From a virus (taxonomy: Duplodnaviria > Caudoviricetes), in the IMG/VR virus record IMGVR_UViG_3300020045_014472, positions 1-33,874 of that record: a DNA stretch of 33,874 nucleotides. One strand, 5' to 3'. The translations under genes and the position numbers were made by a program. Positions 8,178 through 19,200 of the stretch are shown here, one piece after another. The first letter of the stretch is position 1. Every line of letters begins with the position of its first letter. The notes under the pieces were generated by a model. The model saw nothing but the letters and a program-made list of their open reading frames with translations, was not told the origin of the DNA and did no database searches.

Positions 8178-9470
8178 TTAATCTAAGAAAAATGAAATAT
8201 TTAATGCTAAATCAATGTTCTGATTATCCCCAGAACCCTTATTTACTACAATTTTCAAATAATCTTCAGGAGCTGACTTCTGTGGAATGATACCAATAAA
8301 ACCCCTATTAGCATCATGAGAGGCTAAAGAACTTTCTCCTGCAGAAAAATATACTGGCTGGTTGTTTTGATAAATATAATTAGAAACAGAATTTTTCAAA
8401 GACGAATACAGAATTGAAGCTACAACGTCTCCATCAATTAAAGTTGAGCCTCCGATTGTAAACCTGCCTTGAATAACACAATTTGAGCCTCTTCTCCTTA
8501 TATTCAAGGAATAATCCGTTGATGAAATTTTAGCTCCCTTCAGCATAGGTAACCATCCTGAATCGTCAAAATAATTATTCTGGACATCTTCTGAAGTCAT
8601 CACCCCTAAATTTTCTCTAGCTACAGCTGCATCGTCAAGGTCTGCTAGATTCTGAGATTTGTCAAGTTTATTTGCCATTCCTTCTACATTGAAGGTAATG
8701 AACTGAGTTCGTTTATCGGTTACAACTACAGTTCCGGCAGTATTCTTAACCCTAGCCAAATAAAATTCAACATCTGTATTTAATCCAGCTGGTGGAGTAT
8801 CTGAAGTTGTTTCTAATACAAACTCCAATTTACTACTGTCATAGAAATACAATCCCAATTCCTGTTCAGATGTTAACGCTTCTCCAATTGGAGTTGATCC
8901 AATAACGAAATAATTCAATCCAGCCTCAGCTTGGAAACTTGATCCAGCCAATGTTAATGTCCCATCACCGGCAAAGTCCACAACTTCGTAAATATCAGTA
9001 TTCACTAACCCTGAAGATTTCCAGAATTTAACTTTTACAGGAACTTCTGATGACTGCCCTCTTATTACTTCTGTAAACTTTGTTCCGGCTCCAGACACTT
9101 CTCCAGTCGTAGCGATTGTGCACGTCCCTTCTTCAAGGTTTGAAAATCGATGACTTACTTTTATCCAATAATATAGTCCTCCGCTGGGGACAGCTAAATT
9201 ATCAAATTCTGGGGATTTTATCAATAATTTATTTTTATCGACAGCCTTAGATGCCAATGCCAATTTTACCGTTCCAGAATTAGTCCCCACTTCTATTTTG
9301 AAATCTGGAGAAACTCCTGTGAAAACGGTCTTGACGATTCCCCAGCTAGAAGTATTTTCCAGCATAACCTGATTTACGGTATTATTTTCAAGAAAACTTT
9401 GAAATCTTACGAGTTCTTCCTTTTCTAAGAAAATGTTCCTATTAATATTCAATTTACTGCTCATAACCAA
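8178..9470 (-). CDS. Baseplate-attached tail fibre/receptor-binding-like protein
   Basis: LDKSQNLADLDDAAVARENLGV fibre motif, then DSGW...IRRRGSNCVIQG, typical of fibre tip domains. The true start may be ATG 9464. Confidence 0.65.
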   Translation of the reverse strand: MVMSSKLNINRNIFLEKEELVRFQSFLENNTVNQVMLENTSSWGIVKTVFTGVSPDFKIEVGTNSGTVKLALASKAVDKNKLLIKSPEFDNLAVPSGGLYYWIKVSHRFSNLEEGTCTIATTGEVSGAGTKFTEVIRGQSSEVPVKVKFWKSSGLVNTDIYEVVDFAGDGTLTLAGSSFQAEAGLNYFVIGSTPIGEALTSEQELGLYFYDSSKLEFVLETTSDTPPAGLNTDVEFYLARVKNTAGTVVVTDKRTQFITFNVEGMANKLDKSQNLADLDDAAVARENLGVMTSEDVQNNYFDDSGWLPMLKGAKISSTDYSLNIRRRGSNCVIQGRFTIGGSTLIDGDVVASILYSSLKNSVSNYIYQNNQPVYFSAGESSLASHDANRGFIGIIPQKSAPEDYLKIVVNKGSGDNQNIDLALNISFFLD

Positions 9471-11035
9471 TTTGTCTTTAAAAATGAATTGTATGGTATT
9501 AGATTTTCTTTTATGAATTCTTCAATTCTTTCTGGAGTCAGAGAAGTATTATTATTTGGAGTCATTAGATACAACAAATTATGTATCCCAATTTGCCCTC
9601 TCGAAAAATTCAATTTTCTTGGCCTTACTTTTATATTGTCTATTTTTACAATACATGCCCCACCGTCACTCGTGACCCCAATAATAGGGACAATACTTGA
9701 TGAATTAGAAGGTAACTTCAAATTATAACCTAACCCCAACGAATCTTTCAAATTAGCTTTCAGTGGGTCAATTTCTGATGAATTAAACAGAATTCCTCTA
9801 ATCCAATAATCTTTGTTTACAACTTTTAAACTTTGAGAAGAAAAGAAATAATTTGAATTTGCTAAGGTATGAATATTCTTTGGTAATACTTCATTTCCAT
9901 CCTTATCCCATACCTTACATCCAAAAGTTATTATTGGTGAAATAGAGGATTGACTGACTCTGAAACTTATTTCATAATCCTGACTTGGATCTATATTTAT
10001 CTTTTTTGTTGTTCCTCCAACTCCAGAATAAACCGAATTTGGTACTCCTGCAATATTCATCTTATCAGTGGATATGGACACATACCCAGATTGTAATAAA
10101 GGGTATTTGCTTAAATCAACTACTTTCTCAGTAAATTCATAACCTTTAACCAAGTTTGAAATCTTTTCTGTCCCTGCCCATAGTGGAGAAGATTTACCAA
10201 TACACCACCCTGCCTCAAAATTTTGAAACAAAGAAAAAATTAGTTCTTCATGAAATAAATGTCCAACCAACCTTATCAGTTCTCCATCCACAGGTTTACC
10301 ATTCTCAATCTGATCTAAAATTGCGGAAGTACCTCTTTTGGTGTATTCAGCTACGTAGTTTTGATAAAGATATAGCAGTTCTGTGATATTCTTATCATTT
10401 GGCAAAACCAAATCTCTACTCAATAAGAATTGTTCCAGTAAAAGTTGATTTGTGCTGAAATCTTCAAACTGTCTAGAAAAATAAACAATTATAGCAAAGA
10501 AATGGGTTATCGAATTCCAATAAGTGATGAAATCTTGATCTTCCAAGTTTGATTGATTTCCCCCTCTTTCCATATAATCAGGAAGGATCAATCCTTTTAC
10601 ATATAACTTCTCAAGAACATTCAAAGCCCACCCGAACACGTTAAGGTCATTGACAGGGAAGAATTTAACGAAAGCCGATTTTAAATACGAAGGGTAAGGT
10701 AAATCTTCTTGAACTCCAGAAACCAAAATATCATTAAATTCCAAATCCACTTCTGGAGTATTACCTACTCTAATGTATCTGTATTCAATAATAAATTGAT
10801 CAAATTTCGTTATCGAAACCGATTGTATATTCAATAGAGACAAATCAATCCAACTTTCAAAGGTCAAACCCCCATCAATTGAGTATCTGAATTCCTTTTT
10901 GAAATAATCGGTTAAAGATTCCCCGACAGTAGTGTCAACGAATTGAGTCAAAGAAATCAATCCCACAATTGGAATTTCTGTTTTTATTCTTAAAACATCT
11001 CCCTCTTCGGTAGATACATTTTCTAAAATTGCCAT
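9461..11035 (-). CDS. Putative baseplate protein with a carbohydrate-binding-like beta-sandwich
   Basis: YTKRGT motif as in baseplate wedge proteins; INIDPSQDYEISFRV...IDNIKVRP resembles a CBM; synteny. Confidence 0.55.
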   Translation of the reverse strand: MAILENVSTEEGDVLRIKTEIPIVGLISLTQFVDTTVGESLTDYFKKEFRYSIDGGLTFESWIDLSLLNIQSVSITKFDQFIIEYRYIRVGNTPEVDLEFNDILVSGVQEDLPYPSYLKSAFVKFFPVNDLNVFGWALNVLEKLYVKGLILPDYMERGGNQSNLEDQDFITYWNSITHFFAIIVYFSRQFEDFSTNQLLLEQFLLSRDLVLPNDKNITELLYLYQNYVAEYTKRGTSAILDQIENGKPVDGELIRLVGHLFHEELIFSLFQNFEAGWCIGKSSPLWAGTEKISNLVKGYEFTEKVVDLSKYPLLQSGYVSISTDKMNIAGVPNSVYSGVGGTTKKINIDPSQDYEISFRVSQSSISPIITFGCKVWDKDGNEVLPKNIHTLANSNYFFSSQSLKVVNKDYWIRGILFNSSEIDPLKANLKDSLGLGYNLKLPSNSSSIVPIIGVTSDGGACIVKIDNIKVRPRKLNFSRGQIGIHNLLYLMTPNNNTSLTPERIEEFIKENLIPYNSFLKTNWL

Positions 11036-11039
11036 ACGA

Positions 11040-11058
11040 TAAAATTAATATATTTTTT
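11040..11058 (-). promoter_or_regulatory. Candidate late-promoter motif AAAAAATATATTAATTTTA
   Basis: Identical 19-mer at 32661-32679 upstream of the sheath gene. Confidence 0.5.
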
Positions 11059-11116
11059 TAACAAAAAAAGAAAGTCACAAATATTTATTTTAATTGTCAA
11101 ATCAGATAATTCAATG

Positions 11117-13240
11117 TTAAAAATATCTTACTGCACGAACATGCTTTGTTTCTGATTTATTAGCCCCAACCGATCCATTACACGTACCTGCACTAACCGT
11201 AGTTGCTGTATTTGAATTGTCCTCTGTTGAAGTCCAGTAATATCCACTAAAAAGTGAGGAGTTATTTGCTAGATAGCAAAGTCCAGTCATAACATCGTTT
11301 TTGGTTGGTAGATACCAATCTGTATAACCAGCATTTGAATAATCTAGGCATAAATCAGCAGCAATATTTGATGTTGAGCATCCAGACACGATAGCACTTG
11401 TATTTTCAGCAGCCCTTCCAATTTCAAAATAGTCAGCACCGTTAATAGTAGTCCCTTGACAACCCCATGTAGCATCCGCCAAATCATTGTTAGAGACTAT
11501 TATTCCATGGCATTCACCAGAGACATAACCATAGTCGCCAGATTGGAATAAGTAGGCTACAATACCGCCCTGATAGGAATCTCCAATAGATGGGCAGGAG
11601 GCAGGACAACTTGATATTGATTGAATTTCTCCATCATCCATCAAAACTATATAACCACTATTTACTAAGGCTTCTTTAAATACAAAATATCCAGTTGCGC
11701 TGCTTTTACAGAAATAGGTTCCAGATTTTTCATATAAAATTCCACCAACACTAAATTCAGAAAAATATTGACCTGTTTCTATTTGTGCTTCGTTATAATA
11801 TTCATTAAAATAAATCCTACATATTGAAGTTGCTGTTGATAGATCAGAACCATTCGTAGCGTCATAAGTTGTTCCCCATTGAATGACATAATTTATTTTG
11901 TTTAATTCTACTGTATAATTTCCAGTAGGAACGAATATATTCTCATTACCATATGCAGTTCCATACGCATTTGTAGCGTATGATCTTACGTAGTATGTAG
12001 CTCCGCAAGTTAATCCGGTAATACTACTTGAAAAACTTCCAATACCAGTTCCATCATTTGTTTTAGTGGGTAGTGATATTGTCGGATTTGGAGATGTACT
12101 CCAACAAACCCCTCTAGCCGTTATAGAGCAATTCCCATCAGAAGATATATTCCCACCACTCGTTGCTGAATCGCTTGTAATATTTGTAATACTGTTAGTT
12201 GTTAAAGTTGCTAAAATAGTGCAAGAAAGAGATTGAGTAGTAAAGCTCATTTCATTTCCGTAATAAGTTCCGACTGTATTTGTTGCATATGGTTTTACAT
12301 AGTATGTTGTATTTTCATCTAATCCGTTTAAAATACTTACATATTGATCTAAATATACTCCACCGCTTCCATTTGAATACGAATAATCTGAAAGTGTTGG
12401 ATTATGAGACTCGCTCCATACAACACCCTTATCTGATAGTGTTGTATTACCTGTTTTCATTATGACACTTGCAGTATTGGTCGATGATGCTGTGGTGTTG
12501 TAAATATCGTATAAATATACGTTTGGCAAAGTTATACCCTGATATGCAAATTCTTCACCGTATGCAGTCCCTACGCTGTTTGTTGCATATGCTCTAACAT
12601 AGTAAAGCCTACCAGCAATTAAAGGTGTCATAGTACTTGTAAATACACCAGTACCGCTTCCATTTTCTGTTTTACTATCTGTAATTTCAGGACTGGTGTG
12701 AGTTGCCCAACAAACTCCTCTAGCTATTACGTTTGCGCCTCCATCTGATGTTACATTTCCCCCACTTGTTGCTGATGTTGTGGATAAGTACATTGGTTCA
12801 GTTGTGGTTACTACTGGAATAGTTGCTGAGCATTCTGTCGTAAAAGTATATACTATACTATAATCAATATTATCAACATCATATTGATATTGTCCAAGAA
12901 ATCTAGTTACTGAAAATCTAGCATAATAAGTAGTACATGGCAATAATCCATTTATTGTTGCAGGAAGAATGCCAGTATATGAAGGTTCAGCATAAAATGG
13001 ATATACTATTAAAGCGTCAGAAGTGAAATCATTTACAGTATCACATACTAGTGTTTGGGAATTTAGTATTGCTCCACCATTTGAACTTATATTGCAAGTA
13101 ATATATGCTGAATTTTCTGTAATAGCGGTAACTCCATCAATTAAGGCTGTTGGTTTTCTATAATGATATATTTCGCCAAAATCCTGTGCAAAAGTAATTA
13201 CTGATAAAAGTAGTAATAAAGTAGTTAATAAATTTTTCAT
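11117..13240 (-). CDS. Signal-peptide protein with four FN3-like repeats and a C-terminal DUF1566/C-type-lectin-fold domain (707 aa)
   Basis: Start moved to ATG 13240 (MKNLLTTLLLLLSVITFA|QD). Repeats are SATSGGN...RGVCW...YYVRAYATN..GTAYG. The C-terminus has IGDSYQGGIV...DWYLP...YWTST...VRAVRYF. Confidence 0.8.
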   Translation of the reverse strand: MKNLLTTLLLLLSVITFAQDFGEIYHYRKPTALIDGVTAITENSAYITCNISSNGGAILNSQTLVCDTVNDFTSDALIVYPFYAEPSYTGILPATINGLLPCTTYYARFSVTRFLGQYQYDVDNIDYSIVYTFTTECSATIPVVTTTEPMYLSTTSATSGGNVTSDGGANVIARGVCWATHTSPEITDSKTENGSGTGVFTSTMTPLIAGRLYYVRAYATNSVGTAYGEEFAYQGITLPNVYLYDIYNTTASSTNTASVIMKTGNTTLSDKGVVWSESHNPTLSDYSYSNGSGGVYLDQYVSILNGLDENTTYYVKPYATNTVGTYYGNEMSFTTQSLSCTILATLTTNSITNITSDSATSGGNISSDGNCSITARGVCWSTSPNPTISLPTKTNDGTGIGSFSSSITGLTCGATYYVRSYATNAYGTAYGNENIFVPTGNYTVELNKINYVIQWGTTYDATNGSDLSTATSICRIYFNEYYNEAQIETGQYFSEFSVGGILYEKSGTYFCKSSATGYFVFKEALVNSGYIVLMDDGEIQSISSCPASCPSIGDSYQGGIVAYLFQSGDYGYVSGECHGIIVSNNDLADATWGCQGTTINGADYFEIGRAAENTSAIVSGCSTSNIAADLCLDYSNAGYTDWYLPTKNDVMTGLCYLANNSSLFSGYYWTSTEDNSNTATTVSAGTCNGSVGANKSETKHVRAVRYF

Positions 13241-13242
13241 AA

Positions 13243-16200
13243 TTATTGTGCATCTAAAGTTCCTGAAATAATTAAAATTGATCCATTGTATGACCAATGA
13301 AATAAGTCTATTTTCGACCCACCAGATACATAACATTGATCTCCAGTTTTCCAAACTGACCTACTTACTTTAACCGTGTAACCAGCGAATGTTATATTAT
13401 AACTAGTGCTTCCTCCATTGCTTACAGTTAAATACCCACCAGTCCCCGCAACTAGATTTGATAATGTTATTGTTGTTGCTCCTGTTAATGTTATCGAAGC
13501 ATTCACACCGCTGTTAACATTCCACGTTGGGGTAGTTCCTGATAGTGTTTGAACTGCGGGGTTGTAGAAGTTGACAAACTTCGTACCGTCCCACTTGCCA
13601 ACCCATCCGGAAGTCATAGTACTTGAAACAATCTCGTCTAGTTTAACCTTGTCAGTTGCAGACATTAATCCAGCAACCGAAGTTGTTGCAAGTGTTAGTG
13701 TATCACTTACTGTTCCGTTTTGATCAGTTACGGAAAAGACTCTATTTGATGGGGTATATAGGGCTGAAGTATTGTATCCACCAACATCACCGTTCACAAA
13801 CTTAGTTCCATCCCATTTTGCATTAGCATTAGTACTCAAACTGCTAAACAGGTTGTTTCCGTTTAGTAGGTAGCCTGTTGAGTTGATGTTTCCTCCGTTT
13901 GATATAGAAGCGACTGGTGTTCCGGCAGTGCTGTTAAAATTAATATCAACATTTGATGCACCATATGATATGCTTCTTGGTGCGCCACTTGCATTATTCG
14001 CAAAATATAAATATGGGTCACTTCCACTTCCTAGCTGTCCAATAGTGGCACTAGCTATTGCTGTTAAGGTTGTAGCAAAATATCCACTCCCATTAACCGC
14101 TAGTTTGTTGTTGGTTATCTCGTCACCTGTTGAGTATCCTATGCCTACATTGCCACCATTTTTAATAAATAACCTACCATCAGCTACTCCTCTTTCTGCT
14201 AAATTTAAACCACCAAGCGTACTACTATATTGTAAAGCATAGTAAGCATTATAATCAGCAGTATGACCAAAAAACATAGATTCATTATCAGGTACTCCAA
14301 TACTTCCATTTACATATAATTTAACCCAAGGGGAAGTAGTTCCTATACCAACATTACCACCATTTTCATTTAGCATTAAATTGGTGAATGAACCAGTACC
14401 TGAATACTGTGAACTAATAGAAGCGTATGAACCTGTATGCCCAATTGCTAAAGCATTGGTATTTGATAATGATTCAATCCATATTCCAGCATACGAAGCT
14501 GCTGAATTTTGTTTAAGTCTCGCTAACGCAAAACCAGAAGTAATACCTATACCAACATTAGTTCCGTCTGTATAGATAGGACTATTCCCCAACCCACTGG
14601 TATCACTGATATGATAGGGCAAATAACCATCAGTCAAGTTGGTTAGTTTGGCTGTGGTGGCTTGGATTGTAGATGGTGTCCTTATTGAATTGTTGATAAA
14701 CAACGGAGTTGATGTGTAAATGACGGTTTCAAATGGGTTTGCGCCAAAAAATGAACCATTTGAATCTTCAATACCGAAATAAGCATCTGCGCCATTATTT
14801 TTAAATCTTGTTGAATATGCTGAATTAGTGCTATTTATTGATCTGAATGATTCCCCAACATTGCTGGACTGATAAAATCCAGCAATAAAAGCATTTGCAT
14901 TCTGAGCCGATGCGTTTTGATTCTGTATATAATTAGTAGAACCACTTGCAGGGGCTACGTCCCCATCTACAAACTTAGTTCCGTCCCATTTAGCATTTGC
15001 ATTAGTTGATAAACTACTAAACAGGTTGTTGCCGTTAAGTAGGTAGCCTGTGCTGTTGATTGTGCCAAATGGAAGTGCAATATTGCCAATACCTGAAATT
15101 TTTACAATCTCAGCTTCTGCATTACTTCCATTGTCAAATGATTTAAGAGATAAATATGAACCATCTTTTGTCAATGACCCATTAGGCGATGTGTACCACC
15201 TATATTCCCCATTGTATGATATTCCAGCTTCACCGCTGTAATTTAATACACTAACAAGTTGTGCTACGCTTGATCCGGTATCATATCCACTTTTGATAGT
15301 CCCATTAAAATACCCACTACCATTAACAGCTAGTTTATTGTTGGTTATTGGTGTTTCTGTGGTGTAACCTATGCCTACATTACCATCATTTTGAATTGTA
15401 AATTTTGCTGACGATAAAAGATTACTTGTTCCAATAGAATAATTTTGATTCACTGCATCAGTGCCATCATAAAGTATTCCTGAATGCCATATATCAGTAG
15501 ATATTTGTCCATAGACTGTTGTTGCTGCCCTATTATTATATAATGACCTTATAGTTAAATGTGCTTCATTGTTTCCAATTATAGCAACGTCACCACCATT
15601 AACTTCTAATTTATATGCAGGTGCAGTAGTTCCTATGCCTACGTTGCCACCATTGATATAACTATTACCCCTTGCGTGTAGTCTTACCTTTAAAATGTCG
15701 TCTGAATCATAAATATCAGTAACGCCTTGATAATAATCAATCCAAGATTGTACTCTTTTAGTAGTAATTGCATTCCCATATCCAACTGTTAGCCCTCCAG
15801 AATAACCGTTATTTGTATTTCCTAAGTGCAAATGGGGGTCTGAACTTATGGTATTTATAAAAGCATTAGTCCCATCACTATAAATAGGACTATTCCCCAA
15901 CCCACTAGCATCACTTATATGGTAAGGTAAATAACCATCAGTCAGGTTAGTTAGTTTGGCTGTGGTGGATTGTATGGTAGATGCAAAGGTTGCTGTACCA
16001 TCCCCAAATACTTTAAATTTATTTCCAGTTGCGTTATTTAGAGAAAATAAAGGAATAGCTGAATTTGCAGCAGCATTATTAGTAAAATTAAATTCACCAT
16101 ATCCAGCAGCAGCATCATCAGTATCTTCATTATGATAGAAATTAGTTTGACCATCAACTGTCTGAATAGTTAAATATTCACTAGTAGAAGCTCCTCTTGC

Positions 16201-19200
16201 AAATTTTGCAACATTGTTTATCCAAAAATTAGCATCTTGTCCAGTACTATTTTGATTCTGAATATAATTACCACTACCACTTGCAGGGGCGTAGTTAGTT
16301 GGGTTGAAGTTTCCTTCTGTCCAAAACTTTTTCCACGGTGATATGGTTCCGAAATCGTTATTCCTCCAATATATATTATTAGCATCTGCATACGGATTTG
16401 CAATTTGCATCCAGACATTATCCCCCCCTTCCCAATTTGAATGTACTAAGTTTTTAGTTCCAATTCCACCAGAGACATCACCCGAAAAATAAAAACCTGA
16501 TTTAATTATAGCGTTATCAACAGTAGCTAAACTTGTCGCTCTTTGATTACTACCATAAACAAAGTTATCAAAAGTTCTACCCTCCAAAACAGTTCCGGCA
16601 GTTGTGCCAAAGTTTTTATTGAAGGCTGTATTTTTTGAGAATGCTGGTTCAGCACCTATTGTATTATAGCTTATTGTTTTAGCAGCACTTCCGTTAAAAG
16701 TTGAACCAGTTGTATCACCAGTACCTGAATTATTGAAAGTAGCTGAATATGGTGTTGGTAAGGTTGTTGGGTTTACTTCGGTTCCAGTTATTGTAATATC
16801 ATTACCACTTACAGATACTTGATTAATTCCGCCACCTTTTATATTTAAAGTATTTGATCCTGACGTATTTGATTGGATTGTAGCGTTGTTGGTTGTGCCT
16901 ACTGTACTTAATTGTCCTTCATTTGTTACTGAACCGTCAGCCTCATTTGGTAGCGTAACTGTTCCGCCTGTTCTATCAAGTGATATTTGATAACCTGATA
17001 AAGTACTACCACTTCCAGAGATAGTTTGTTTGTCGGTATCTAAAACATGAATATTGCCAAGTTGAGTTGTAGTAGGAATTCCATATCCACTTGTTAAACT
17101 TAAATCAGCAGCACCACCAATAACTTGTCTTGTATTGTCGAACTGAAGTCCTGTTATTGATTCAGTTAGATTGCCTTTGATTAATGTTGGCTCTTTTGAG
17201 GCAAGGCCATCAAATACGATGTTCTGGCTTGGTGCGGTTGTAGTTACACCGTCATTTATAGCATCAACAATTACAGAACCTCCATTTATTTGGTATTGCT
17301 GTCCGGTTGGGATATTAACAGTTCCTGCCGCCGTGGCTGTTACTGCTTTAAATTCAGTGCCAGTTTCACCAGAAGCAACGCCAAATATTTTGTTTGCTTG
17401 CCCTGCATACGAATCTGGTGTATCACTTAGCCCCAAGAAGCTAGTCGCACCGGAACCACCTCCTCCACCAGCTCCAATGATTGTTGATCTTCTAAAATCC
17501 ATATAAAAATTTTCTCCAGCTGGCTTCGAAGGAATGGCTACGTATCTGGCATTTACAGTATTACCAAGACCAGTTTTTGTATGTAGGATTAAGCTGCCAA
17601 TATGTTTTACTTCAGCAAATGGAAGATTGCTATTATAGATATTGGCTATCTCATTATTTACAGCAGCCTCTGCTAAAGTGGCAGAAGAATACTGTGCTAC
17701 TCCAGACATTGCAATTATTTTATTCGGAGTGCCGATGTCATTAGTTGCAAATACATGAACCAATCTATAATAATTATTTGTCATTGTCGTTATTGACCAA
17801 GTGCCTCCTGAATATAAATTATACATAGCGAGTCCTGTAGTGCCGTCATTCAAGAAGGCATATCCAGCTCTAGTAACTCTTCGCCAGTTTCCAAGGCCAG
17901 AGCCAAGCCTGTAATAAATAGGTATTCCTGCTGTGCTTAAAACAGCATCTGTTGTTGTGACTATATCTTCATCAGAAATAGTTCCCGAGTCACTTCCAAA
18001 CTGTGCATCTGCATTAACTGAACCAATGCCAAGAGTAATACCTGTCAATGATAATCCTGAATTGTATTGAGTACCGAACGCAAGATGGGCATAAGCGTGA
18101 ACCCATGAAGGCCAATGGAAAGTATGTCTCTCATTAGAAACGTAGATAGATACCTTATTTGTTGCATCCCAATAGATTACTGATGTTATTACTTTATTTC
18201 TTATAGCGTCAATAATCTGACTATTAGATGGGTTGACCATTTCAGATAATATTCCAAGATCGTAATAAATAATATGCAGACCTTCGACATCAGTTATGGT
18301 TATTGATTGTGTTCCTGTTTTGATATATTTTAATCCTGCCTGATAGAAGTAGAATGTGGAAGATACCGGAGCAATTGAAAATACTCTAGTGCCATCAACA
18401 AAAGATATAATTGTTTGTTCTCCTTGTAAATAGGAAGCCCACCCGTAAGCATTATTTATCTCAGAGGTATATTCTGCGGTTTGAGGATATACTAAAAGTC
18501 TTCCGGTTGATGAGCAGACAATAGCCTTGCCAATAACAACTGGGAATAGTCCGCCCATTGGTCTAACGTGAGTAAGTACTTTATCCCCTAAATAAACGTT
18601 GCTCCCTGGAGTACATCCACTTAGGTCGACATCATTAGCAAAGCCAAATCTAGTGACCCTCCCACGAGTGTACGGAGGTATATTTTGAGTGGCTACCCCT
18701 ATAAGCCTAGATTCTGGGTAAGTTAAATTTGAAGCTAACTGTATTGTAGGATCTGAAGAATATGCTCCATCTACATAAACTGGTCTACCATTTCTTATAG
18801 TGTCTGGCGTGTTATTGTAGCAAAGAGGGACCCAAAGCTCCTCTCCATTATTTAGGTGAAGATCATCTGTTATGTGGGTTTCCACGGACTGAGTTGCTTC
18901 ATTCCAAGCTAAAGTCCCTTTCTCCTCATTACCTGTGTGGGTATATGTAGTATCTAAAATAAAAGAAACAGATTTTATTGTTTTGTCACCCAGATGAACG
19001 TCTTTGTTGGCATTGTCGTATGGAACGTAGTATTTTTGCAGTTGTGCATTTGTGGCAATTCGTAACCATCCAGTTTCACCTTTAAATATCCATAAAGCAG
19101 AATCGGCTGTATTATAATAAAATACAGGATTATTTGGCGAAATAAGTTTTTTAATAGTTATTGACGGCAATGGAGTTATATCTTGTGCATTTACAATAAA

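Noticed and set aside
13241-13354. Extended N-termini given by the ORF track (13354, also 5335, 6849, 33842)
   Set aside because: They overlap upstream genes deeply. Downstream ATGs give tight stop/start coupling and, for 13240, expose a signal peptide.
13784-16290. Invertase-driven shufflon or CRISPR-like array
   Set aside because: The repeats are direct, in-frame, degenerate and unevenly spaced; no recombinase or cas gene is present.
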